From Squalus acanthias (taxonomy: Eukaryota): a stretch of 64,000 bases of DNA. Below the pieces are notes generated by a model. It saw only the letters and a program-made list of their open reading frames with translations. It was not told the DNA's origin and searched no databases. Both the position numbers and the translations under genes were made by a program. The stretch spans positions 17,238,001-17,302,000 of the forward strand of contig CM059432.1 of assembly GCA_030390025.1 (NCBI GenBank). The letters are read 5' to 3'. Of the stretch, positions 37,581-49,719 are shown piece after piece (the stretch's first letter is position 1; each line of letters opens with the position of its first letter).

Positions 37581-39724
37581 TGGAGCAGAAAGCTTTTGAA
37601 TTTAAATTTACAATTCAAACTACTGAAATGGACAATTTTCCAAGAAACCTTGGCACACGCTTTTCAAATAAGGGAAAACTGAAACACAAGTAGGATGTTC
37701 TTCTGGGGTTTTGTTTCCATTCAGCCCTCTCTCCTACTGGAACTGCTAGAACATGGAAAATCATGACTATATTTCATAGGTCATATTGTGGAACTGCTTC
37801 TATAAAATGCAATGTGGATGTTGATCCTCCAGAATCCACACTTGGTTACACCGTTGATAGCAAGAGCGCGTTAGTTTTAAATCTTAATGTTTCTACCTGC
37901 AAAGCTTTCCTAATGTCATGGAAGGTCCATATGAACCAATCGTGCAAAAACTATATTGCTGACCAGCTGGAGCAGGATAAGAGCTGAGCCCATGTGGTGT
38001 CCAGCAATATCCCAGGGAAAGCCACCAGTCAGAAGTACGAGCACAACCTCATTTACGTTAGTGCCACAGGAGATGGGGGCCTGCAGCATTGGAATAAAAT
38101 AGCATAATGCTAAACTATTGTGTCATGAAAATTTGGCACAAAGATCTGATAGTTTAGTGAGCAAGCCTATTGCTAGGGTGGTACAAACCAATATGGGATG
38201 TAACGAGTTATCTGATCTCAGAGTGGCAGCACATTGTTATAATTAACCTCTGATCACTATCCAATAACCAAGTAGAAGTTCACTTTTGGTGAGGATCGAG
38301 CGATGCAGACCTCCTGCTAACAGTCTTCTTTAGGTTTACATTTGAAGATTAGCCAATTGGGCAAGCTACCAGAGGTCACTTCAAGTTTAATCCAACTTTA
38401 TGGTAAGCAATATATCCTTAAAGATTTCCATAGGATAAAAAGCAGTCAACTACAAACAAAAACACACAATGTTGGCTATTTGTGGTAAATCAACAGGCCA
38501 AGTTTCAATTAACGCAAAATGGTAATACAACAATCAAACAATAATCAGCTCTATGTTTTACACACTTCTCAATGTAATACTTGTACAGTACATTTGTTTT
38601 ATGATGACCAGTCACAAAAAATGTAACTCTAAAAAAAGCAACAGAAAAACACATCTAAATTTACAGTGACCACACTGGCTTGAGCCTCTTGGCCAAATCA
38701 CATACCTTTCCTCAGCTAAAGATGGATGCTACAGCCTTTAGCAGATCGGATTAAATATTCAAAATTTCAAGTCACAGACTTCAGAACAGCTTGAAAATTT
38801 AAAACGAAGGGGCTGGAAAGCAAAACATCCCACAACATACTCAAGTTTTGCTAAAATACCAGCATTTTCTCAAATATATAAATAAGTATTTATAAATAAC
38901 AGTGCTAGTAGATTGCTGTAGAATGGTCAGCCACCCAAAAGGAGTTTTAGATTACAACCTTGGAGCCTGAACCTAATCCAAAGATGATAGACCAAGAGCT
39001 GTGAATGCACTGGAGCTACAGTATCTAGTTCTTAATATGTTTTCATATACATCATCCCAGGGGTGTGTTTGCAAACACATCAGCAGCATTAGAGGCTTAA
39101 GCGAACCAATTTCTGGGTTCGTAATTAAGACTTAAGAAAAAAATACTAGAAAAGCAATCAGAGATACCTCTACAGTATACACCCAATTATGATTAAATTT
39201 GTATACCAACAGTCTAAAAAACAAAATCACAAAATTCATTCCTGGCCCAACTCATCTTCCTTGCTTCTACATTCAACAATTCTAAATCAGTGTAGTTGGA
39301 CCCATTCATAAAACACTGGCATTTACTGGACAATGTTGAAAAGTTGTCTAGGTACGTCCTACCCACACGAATCATGAATGTAAACATGAATCTAACCCAG
39401 CCAATTAGCCTTCCTTTATAATCAGAAAGTGATTGGAGGAGTTGTAGCACCATCAAGTATCACCAACTCACCGATGATCAGCTTGGGTTCTACCAGAAGC
39501 ACGTGGCTCCAGACCTAATCACAGTCTTCATCCAGACCGGGACACAGGAGCTCAATGCAAATGGCGTGAGAATAGCAGCCCTCAAAAAAGCAAAACCAAC
39601 CTGAAATGTTGGCTAGCTTGTTCTCTTTACAAATGCTGATTAACCTGCTGTGCATTTCCAGCATTTTCCATTTTTGTTTTAGATTTCCAGCATCTGCAGT
39701 ATTTTGCTCCTCAATTGTACATCT

Positions 39725-41140
39725 TTTATTTGTTCAAGATGTGAGACACAGGCAAGGCAACTTTATTGCCCATCCCTAACTGCCCTGAGGTGCTTGTGGG
39801 CCTTCTCCTTGAGCTGCTGTTGTTCTGACAGTGGTCCAAATGATGATTTAAGTAGGGAATTCCAGGATATTGACCCAATGGATGGTATGCAATTTGGAGT
39901 TGATGGCATTCCCATAACATTGCTGCTGTTGTCCTTCTCCGTAGTAGAGGTTGCAGGGGAAGGAGGTACTGCACTGTATCCTGTACATAGTGCAGCTACA
40001 GTGTGCCGATGGTGGATACGGAGTCTAAGTGACAGGGGCACCGATCGACAAACTGATATGCCCTGGATGGTGTCAAGCTTCTGTAGTTTTGTTGTGGCTG
40101 CACCTGTAAGTTAAGTGGTGAGTATTCCATCACATTCTTGATTTGAGTCTTGCAGATGGTGATGTGTCAGGAAGTGAGGCACTTGTTGCAGACCACCAAG
40201 TCTCTACCTCGACCATGTAGCCATGGTGTTGATATGAATGATCCAGTTAAGCTTCTGTTTAAGAGTGGCACCCAAGATGTGATGGTGGTACTGTTGAATG
40301 TCAGGGGGAGATGGGCAGGCAACGTTCCCCAACAAGTCACTTGTTAGCCCAAGCCTGGATGTTATCCCAAGCCTGGATGTTATCCAGGCCTTTCATCATT
40401 GCCCAGTCAAAAGCCAGGAGTCACCAACCTAACACCATGTTGGAAGCACAATCAGCACAGGGAGTGCAGCAGTTCAAGATGGCCCACCAAGACCGTTACA
40501 GGGTAACTAAGGATGGCTGTCAAGGGCTACTTTATCAGGAGCTGCAAATGGAGCTGAAATCATCAATAAACAGCCCTGCTCCTGACTTAATGATGAGAGC
40601 AAAAGTCACTGTTGAAGTAGCTGAAGATGGTTGGTCCAAGGACACTTCCCTGGCAAGGTGGAATAGTTGCCACTTCCTCTATGGATACAGCTGCAACACT
40701 CAAGAAGCTTGACACCATCAAAAACAAATCAGTTCACTTTATTGGCACCTTACCATTGGCTGCTATGTCCAATGACCAGCACACTGTGGCTATGATAATG
40801 TAACATGTACAGGATGCATTGAAGGAAATTACCAAATTTACTTCAACAGCAGCTTCCAGCCCTGCAAAACCTACCACCTAGAAGGACAAAAGCAGCAATA
40901 TCAAGGAAACACCAGCACCAAGTTCCCTCTGAAGCCACACACCATCCTGACTTGGACAGATCTCTGTTCTTTCATCATTGCCCAGTCAAAAGCCAGGAGT
41001 CACCGACCAAACACCATGTTGGAAGCACAATCACCACAGGGACTGCAGCAGTTCAAGATGGCCCACCAAGACCGTTACAGGGTAACTAAGGATGGGCAAT
41101 AAATGAAGCATGGCCAGCAGCACACCAGTCCCAGAACACA
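39725..41140. mobile_element. Old copies of the 52447-55706 LINE family in both orientations
   Basis: 39725-40640 (minus) and about 40690-41140 (plus) align by eye to 52460-53420. Strongly diverged. Confidence 0.65.
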
Positions 41141-42344
41141 ATTTAAAAAAAACAACCATGGCAATAGGGATGTTGTAATTGGCATCAGTTCCTGTATGTT
41201 GGACTAAAATCCATCTTTCAATACCGCCCAGTGATATGTTCTGTAAAATTACATGTATACAGATCCAGGCAGGACAGGCCAAAATGCAGCATGATACACC
41301 TTGTGGTGCCAATTGCTTGGCCAGCAGTGCCAGCTGAAATTTTCTTTTGAATATTTCACTGTCTAATGTATTGCATTGCTCTACTATCCATTGCACTAGG
41401 CATTTGAGTCCATCCATTTTGGTACTCCTCACATTTTTGGCAGACACCAAAAATGCTACAGCTGTAAAGACAGGAAGTGTGTCCAATAACATTTTCCCAT
41501 CATTAACCTACAATTTACTTATGTTTGTTCAAACATGGGTAGACGTATTAAATATCTGCCATCACTTTTTAAAGTGGAAAATCTGAGATCAGCCATTTCT
41601 GCTCGAGCATTTTTAAACAGATGAATGCTTTTTCAGTAATAGTGCTCACCTCACTAATGGTGCTGGATGGGGACAGGGAGGAAAATCAGGTTGGGGTGCA
41701 GCAATTAGTTTGGAAGCGACTGAGTAGCAGATGTTTGAGAACAGCTGGAATTGGTTCCCTGGCACAATTTCCACTCCCACCCAGAATTTGGGGGATGGGG
41801 GGGGGGGGGGGAAAGGGGGAAAAATAACCCATATAAATTAAAATATTTGGGTGTAGGAGTAATTCAGCTGACATGAGGTCTTAATGCAAATTTATTACAT
41901 ACAGTTACAAAAATTGTATCAAGACACACTCAGCATTTTGACTGTGGTCAAGTAGAAAGTACTTGAATCAGCAACTATGAACTCTAGATGCTGCTGCGCG
42001 AAGATTGGACACAGCATACTTAAGGATAATGATTTCAAGCTCAGTCTGTGGGCCCAACCTCCACAGAAAAACTAACAAGCGGCTTAGAACAATTAATGTC
42101 TCATGCAGAATGCGGATCCATCAACAATTGCTATATATGAGCACATGCAAGCCATCTACAATTAAAAACTAGAAATTGATCACAAGGGTAGTCAAGATAC
42201 TTCTGGCATCATGAACCCAGAAAAGATACAGACATCCTTAATTCACCAAGTTACTTTCTGGAGTAGAATTCTTAACTTGGGTTTAACCCAATAAACATTC
42301 ATTAATTAGCACTCTCCTGGCTTAGCAAGTGTCTTATTTAAGTA

Positions 42345-43060
42345 TCATGATGTGGAGATGCCGGTGTTGGACTGGGGTGGACAAAAATGAGAAGTCGCAC
42401 AACACCAGGTTATAGTCCAACAGATTTATTTAAAATTACAAGCTTTCGGAGCACTGCTCCTTCGTCAGGTAAAGATACAATGAGGGAATCTCCAATATTA
42501 CACAGTATATAAACACAAAAAGCAATTTGTCTGCAGAGATACAATCTTTTGGGAGGCATTACATCAAAGACACACCAGAGCACAGCCAAGACAATGAGAT
42601 GGGTCACAGGGGGCCCAACGTGTCAAATCCTGCTGTCTGCAGTTGAGCTTTTAACTTTTTTTTTCCCCCTTTTGTGTTTTTTTGGTTTGGTTTTTTTTGT
42701 GGTTTTTTTTTTAAACTGGAAAGACAGACAACGACAACAGACAGTCTGTCTGTCCAGTTTTAAAAAATAATAAAAAACACAAAAAACACAAAAGGAAAAA
42801 AGGTTAAAAGCTCAACTGCAGACAGCAGGATTTGACACGTTGGACCCCTGTGACCCATCTCATTGTCTTGGCTGTGCTCTGGTGTGTCTTTGATGTAATG
42901 CCTCTCGAAAGATTGTATCCCTGCAGACAAATTGCTTTGTGTTTATATACTGTGTAATATTGGAGATTCCCTCATTGTACCTTTACCTGACGAAGGGGCA
43001 ACAGCTCCAAAAGCTTGTAATTTTAAATAAATCTGTTGGACTATAACCTGTTGTGCGACT
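42345..43060. mobile_element. Fold-back (palindromic) non-autonomous Penelope-like element with 13-bp TSD
   Basis: Arms of about 42390-42729 and 42744-43063 are inverted repeats. tcttatttaagta at 42332-42344 and 43061-43073. Hammerhead motif in each arm. Extra ~45-bp tail only on the left. Confidence 0.88.
42436..42472 (-). ncRNA. Minimal hammerhead ribozyme motif (family B)
   Basis: Minus strand reads TTAC-CTGACGA-a-GGAGC agt GCTCC-GAAA-GCT-T-GTAA. The plus-strand mirror copy at 42983-43020 has GAAA changed to AAAA. Confidence 0.75.
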
Positions 43061-45349
43061 TCTTATTTAAGTAGCCACTGAATGACGTAGGAAGCAAGTC
43101 TACTTCAATTACACTGTGCCTTGCCAGAAAGTAAAACAGAACTTAACCTTCAGTAACCCATTTTCCATTCTACAGATCATATATCTTGCTCAAACATAGT
43201 TCAATCCCTTTACTATCTTATGCCACAACTTAATGACATTAAACCATTGTATATTGGCTAACATTGCAGTAAAACAGCATGCATTAAACTACCTCTTCAA
43301 ATTGCACATTTAAGGAAGTTTCTTTTAGCAAGAACCAGAATGGACCCAAGATACAAGAGTCATTCTCATCTATACAAAGCCTGGCATAAAACAAAACCCA
43401 TGAAGTGGAAATGTAGATCATGTCATTTACACACATTACAGTACAAAATGCTATACTAGTATGAGATGACATCAGAATAAAGTGATACTATTGGAGTAGA
43501 CATATCCGGTTCAGAGAAATCCCTGCTTACTTATAAATCCAAACTAAAGATGTGCAGTCATTGCATATACTGAGTGCATCAAGCCTACCTAGATACATAT
43601 TACACTCCAATTGGCTTATCCACAAAAATAAAGTTGGAAAGGTTACAAACTGCAACTCTCAGTTTTGCTATCACAATTTAGATTACCAGAACGCCTCTTA
43701 AAAACCCTGTTAACGTGCATATCTTTTACTCGCCATACAAGAAATTTACACTAACTGAATCTTCCTTAAATAGACCTGCCAGGTTTTCCCACTTGTGCAC
43801 CCTGCCAGCTTCAATTTGCCTTTCCTTCCCACTCACTTTAAACGGACAGAGGTGGGTGAGGGGGGGGGGGGGAAATAAAAAAAAATCAAAAAAAAAAAAA
43901 AAAAAAAAAAAAAATCGCAGGTGCTGAAGCCAGCAGCTACTCAATATTTTAAACCTTTGTGGTATTTGAGACTGATTTCTTGAAAGTTAACAATTTAAGT
44001 TATGTATGCAGGATTTAGTCAAGAGCTGCAATAAGTTAATTTGTCTTTTCACAGGTGCTGACTGACCCGTTGTGTATTTCTAGCATTTTTTTTTTGCTTT
44101 TACATCAAATTTCTAGTTTTATTTTCTTTATTTGTAAAGATTGAGAAACTATGGCTGAAATAAGTTTGGGGAAAAATAATATGCCTACCAAGCCATATAT
44201 AAACATTAAAGGAGCAGGGGTGAAATAGAAACAGCTAATGACTGTCAAAACTAAATCATATTTTAATCACCAAATACAATACACAAACTTTCTGGGAGAT
44301 AACCGTACCTGAATTGGCAGACCATTAACAAAGTTTTCACTAACAGTAAAATGAACCATCAGGCGGCATACCAGGGCCTAGGCAGCGCCATAGTTAGATA
44401 TTACTTAATATCTTCTAATACCTAGTCTAGAACAGCAAAAAGGGCAGAATCTGGGACCAATTTGACCTCAATATACCATTAATTTTTGAACGAGCAATTT
44501 AGACCCACTGCACGCCGTTTTCAGATCTGTGCCAATTTGGATATACCATCACCATAAAACTAGCAGCCGGTTCATAAACACCTCTCCCGATATGCCCTAC
44601 AAATACACTCTCATTGCCTAATCATAGCAAAAAAGAGGGAGAAAGCAAGGTGTTTTTGGGGTGGAGCAATGAGCTGCCAGAAATAGAAGCATAGAATCAT
44701 GTCAACCCCCTGTGGCAGACCTGGTAATCCAACACTGGAGCCGGACAGTACCAGTGGTATTCCAGGGCACTGTTTGACCAGTGAACCTAGCTCACTAATG
44801 GAAGATGTCCTGTCCCCCCACCCAATTGCTGGGACAGGGGTGAGGGGTGCAGGATTGTCAGCAAGGGTTGAAGGAGCAAGAGGCAGCTGAATGGTGGTCT
44901 CATTCTTGTTGACAAAGAAGTCCATAAGCTCTTTCTACTTGCTGGATTTTAAGGGGAGGAGGGGGGCACAGGAGAGATGTTTAAGGGGTTGGCAGTAGAC
45001 AAAAGAAGTCATTTTGGCATCTGGCTTCTGAAGGGAATTTCTGGTAGCCTGCAACTTCTCACCAAAAGCTTCAAAATGGTACCTTCCTTCCATTTGGATT
45101 ATAGTTTCAGGCATCTGCACCTCGTGCAGAGTTTAAAAGGCAAAAAGAAAGCAGAGATGCTATTCATTGGTTGTACCCATCTTTAGGAACCAACATACTG
45201 CAATTTATTTATACCAGTATATTGTAGTAATATTAATTTTTAGCTTTTGCCTGTTAAGTGACTGCAAGAAGACAAAGTGTAAACACAAGACAGACTTGCT
45301 TTATATTAATATAGATGCAGTGAAGGGCAATGGTCAGTTTAGAAAGTTT

Positions 45350-46440
45350 TTTAAAATATTCGTTCATGGGATGTAGGCATCACTGGCAAGGCCAGCATTT
45401 ATTGCCCATCCCTAGTTGCCCTTGAGAAGGTGGTGGTAGCCGCCTTCTTGAACTGCTGCAGTCCGTGTGGTGAAGGTACTCCCACAGGGAGGGAGTTCCA
45501 GGATTTTGACCCAGCGATGAAGGAACAACGATATACTTCCAAGTCAGGATGGTGTGTAACTTGGAGGTGGTAGTGGTGGTGTTCTCATGCGCCTGCTGCC
45601 CTTGTCCTTCTAGGTGGTAGAGGTCACGGGTTTGGGAGGTGCTGCCGAAGAAGCCTTGGCGAGTTGCTGCAGTGCATCTTGCAGATGGTACACACTGTAG
45701 CCACGGTACGCCGGTGGTGGAGGGAGTGAATGTTCAAGGTGGTGGATGAGGTGTTTCGTCTTGGATGGTGTAGAGCTTCGAGTGTTGTTGGAGCTGCACT
45801 CATCCAGGCAAGTGGAGAGTATTCCATCATAATCCTGACATGTGCCTTGTAGATAGTGGAAAGGCTTTGGGGAAGTCAGGAGGTGAGACACTCGCTGGGT
45901 ATTCTGTAGCCGCTGACCTGCTCTTGTTGCCACAGTATGTGCGTGGCTGGTCCAGTAAAGTTTCTCGTCAATGGTGACCACCCCAGGATATTGATGGTGA
46001 GGGATTCGGCGATGGTAATGCCATTGAATGTCATGAAGCAGTTGTTAGACGCTCGCTTGTTGGAGATAGTCATTGCCTGGCACTTGTGTGGCACGAATGT
46101 TACCTGCCACTTATCAGCCCAAGCCTGAATGTCGTCCAGGTCTTGTTGTATGCGGGCATGGACTGCTTCATTATCCGAGGAGTTGCGAATGGCACTGAAC
46201 ACAGTACAGTCATCAGCGAACATCCCCACTTCTGACCTTATGATGGAGGGAAGGTCATTGATTAAGCAGCTGAAGATGGTTGGGCCTAGGACATTGCCCT
46301 GAGGAACTCCCACCACGATGTCCTGGGGCTGTGATGATTGACCTCCAACCACCTTCCTTTGTGCTAGATATGACTCCAGCCAGTGGAGAGTTCCCCCCCA
46401 CCCCAATTCCCATTGACTTTAGTTTTACTAGGGATCCTTG
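45350..46440 (-). mobile_element. 5'-truncated copy of the 52447-55706 LINE family
   Basis: GVPQGNVLGP...MFADDCTVF...IQAWADKWQVTF; nearly collinear with 52450-53555. Confidence 0.92.
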
Positions 46441-46900
46441 ATTAATTTTTGGAGGAGATAACAAGGAGGGTCGATGAGGGTAGCACGTTTGATGTAGTCT
46501 ACATGGATTTTAGCAAGGCTTTTGACATGCTCCCAAATGGCACACTGGGCAGAAAAGCCCATGGGATCCAAAGGAAAGTGACAAGTTGGATCCAAAATTG
46601 GCCCAGTGGCAGGAAGCAAAGGGTAATGGTTGACGGGTGTTTTTGTGACTGGAACCAGTGGGGTTCTGCAGGGCACCGTACTAGGTCCCTTGCTTTTTGT
46701 GGTAAACATCAATGATTTAGACTTCAATGTAGGGGGCATGATTAAGAAGTATGCAGAGGATACAAAAATTGGCTGTGTGGTTGATAGTGAGGCAGAAAGC
46801 TATAGGCTGCAGGAAGGTATCAATGGACTGGTCAGGTGGGCAGAAAAATGGCAAATGGAATTCAATCCGGAGAAGTGTGAGGTAATGCATTTGGGGTAGG
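46441..46900 (+). mobile_element. CR1 RT fragment
   Basis: VVYMDFSKAFD, GVLQGTVLGPLLF, YAEDTKIG, WQMEFNPEKCEVMHLG. Confidence 0.88.
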
Positions 46901-48191
46901 CGCTATAAAAATACAAGTTGCTGTTGTCGTTTGTTAGGAAGGCCTTGAAGCACCTGACTGATACCATGCAGCTATTTACCTATTTATAAAAATGCTTAAA
47001 ATAGTAAATAAAACCCAACTTGGTTCTTGGCTAGCTGATGAATGCAGTTCCCCTCCCCCCCACGACATCTCACTTCCATTGTTAATTGGCAGCATGCTGG
47101 GAAATGCTGTAAACAGTTTTTCCTAATGACACGCTTTGGTGTGTTGCAAGAGAATTTTCCTATACCTGATGCTGCATAATTGTTAGAGACTTCAATGCAT
47201 TCACATTTAAATACATGACAGAAAATTTAGCACAAAAAAAACATGGAGGTCTTTTACAATGAAGTACAAGAGGTAAACCAAGAAAATAGGGTCAGCAGGA
47301 AATTAGATTAATGAAAAGTAAATTTACAACCTAATTGTGCTACTCTGATAAATGTTTGGAATAATCTACCAATGCAGGAGAGAGAGAAAACAAAGTATTA
47401 TACAATTAGATGCAGCATTCAGATAATCTACTAGAGGGAAGAGCTTCAGAGTCAAATAGCTTATCTTTGCTGCATCTAGATAATGTCAATCAAATTCAGT
47501 TACAAACTCTTATTGCTGCCTTTGATTCTTTGGTATTAGAATCATTTTTATCTTGGGATGGTACACAACTTGCATTTATATAGTTTCTTTAAATATAGGG
47601 AGCATCTCAAGGGTGGGTTGGGGGAAAAAAAATAAAGGAACAGTTACCAAGGCAGGGTGGGGAGTTAGGAGGAGTGACAAAGCTTGGTGGGAGATGAGTT
47701 TTGAGAAGCTTTTTTTGTGAAACAAGCAGGGAGGAATTTTCAGAGAATCGGACTGAAGCAGCTGTCATAAGTGGTGCTACAAAGTGTGGGTGGAATACAT
47801 AAAAGGAGAGATAGAGATCGTTGAATGACTAGAGTATGTATCCGGTGAGGAATTAAGACTAATTTTTTTTTAATTAAGTGTTGTGGGATAGGACGAGAAA
47901 GAAAGTAATTTCTAAACTATATGGAATGCTACCTCACATAGAATGTAGAGCACAGAAATACACCCAACTGGTCCACATCAGTGTTTAGGCTCCACACAAG
48001 CCTCCTCCCATCCCTCTTCATCTAACCCTCAACAGAAATCTCTATTCCTTTCTCCCTCATGTGTTTATCTAGCTTTCCCTTAAATGCATCTACCTTGTGT
48101 AGAAAAAAACCCTATCTAGTACTCCCATCCACGGCCCAGAATCAGCCGTAGCTCGGTGGTAGCACTCTCGCCCGACTCGACACAGAAGGTT

Positions 48192-49719
48192 CTTTAGTTA
48201 AGAGGCCTTCAAGATGATGATTTGGGTGCAGACTGGACATATTCCCACAAGGGGGAAAAGGAAGGGCATCCAAAGTTAGAGCTCCCTGGATAATGAAAGA
48301 TAGAGATTAAAATGAAACAGAAAAAGGAGGCTTATGATAAATACAAAAACAAAGCTGGAAATACTCAGCAGGTCAGGCAGCATCCGTGGAGAGAAAATAT
48401 ACTCTCTCTCTACAGATGCTGCCTGACCTGCTGAGTATTTCCAGCACTTTCTTTTATAATTCAGATTTCCAGCATCTGCAGTATTTTGCCTTTGGTTTAT
48501 GATAAATGTTAGGTCCATAATTCAGTCGAGAACCAAGTTGAATACAGAAAGTACAGGGGAGAACTGATAAAGGAAACAAGAGGGGCAAAGAGTGTATGAG
48601 AATAGATTAGGTAATATAAAAAGGAAACCCAAAAGTCTTTATAAACAGTAAAAGAGTAGTCAAAGGAAGGGTGGGGCCAATTAGGGACCAAAAAGTACAT
48701 TGGAATGCTCTTCACTAAAGATGATGCTGCCAAATCACAGTAGAGAAATTAGGGAGAGAAAAAAAGAGGTACTTAAAATGTAGGCAGTGCTCAAAGTAGA
48801 AAAGTCACCTAGTTCAAATGGGATGGGTGCGGAGGGAAGCAAGGGTGGAAATTGTGGAGGCTCTGGCCACAATCTTCCAATCCTCCTTACATATGGGGAT
48901 GGTGCCAGAGGACTGGAGGATTGCAAATGTTAAACCCCTGTTCAAAAGGGGGAGGGGGATAAACGTGTCAATTGCAGGCCAGTCAGCTCAACAACAGTGG
49001 TGGGGAAACTTTTAGGGACAGTCATCTGGGATGAAATTAATTGGCACTTGGGAAAATATGGATTAATAAATGAAAGCCATTTGTTCAAGGAAAATCGTGC
49101 TCGACTAAGTTCATTGAGTTCTTTGATGAAGTAAGAGAGAGAGTGGAGGAGGGTAATGCGGTTGATGTGTACAAAAGCAAAGAAGTTATGCTAAACCTTT
49201 ATAAGACACTGGTTAGGCCCCAGCTGGAGTAGTGTGGCCATGCTTTAGGAAGGATGTCAAGGCCTTAGAAAGGGTGCAGTGGAAATTTACTAGAATGGTT
49301 ACCAGGGATGAAAGACCTGTTTCATGGAGACACAAGAGAAACTGTGATTGTTCACCTTAGATCAGCGCAGGTTAAGGGGAGGTTTGATAGCTGTCCAAAA
49401 CCTTGAAGGGTTTTGATACAGCAAATAAGGAATAACAGTTTCCAATGGCTGAAGAGTGGACAACCAGAGGACACAGATTTAAGGCAATTGGCAAAAGAAC
49501 CAGAGGCAACACATTTTTTTTTTAATCAAACGGTGATGCTGATCTGGAATGCACTCCCTGAAAGGGTGGTGGAAGCAGATTCAAATAATAACTTTCAAAC
49601 AGGAATTGGATAAATACTTGAAGAAAAATTTGCAGGGCTATGGAACTATTTGGATAGCTTTCAAAAAGCTGGCACGGGTACGATGGGCCGAATGGTCTCC
49701 TTGTGTTGTATCATTCTAT
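48192..49719 (+). mobile_element. Internally deleted old CR1
   Basis: EALATIFQSSL..GMVPEDWRIANVKPLFK and LYKTLVRPQLE remnants. CR1 3' end cgatgggccgaatgg...attctatg. Confidence 0.85.
48343..48496 (+). mobile_element. Short Penelope-derived hairpin insertion with 11-bp TSD
   Basis: gctggaaatactcagcaggtcaggcagcatc...gatgctgcctgacctgctgagtatttccagc inverted repeat plus tail. ttatgataaat at 48332-48342 and 48497-48507. Confidence 0.85.

Noticed and set aside
43859..43915. Poly-G/poly-A run as a retrocopy tail
   Set aside because: No upstream coding relic and no TSD; treated as low-complexity sequence.
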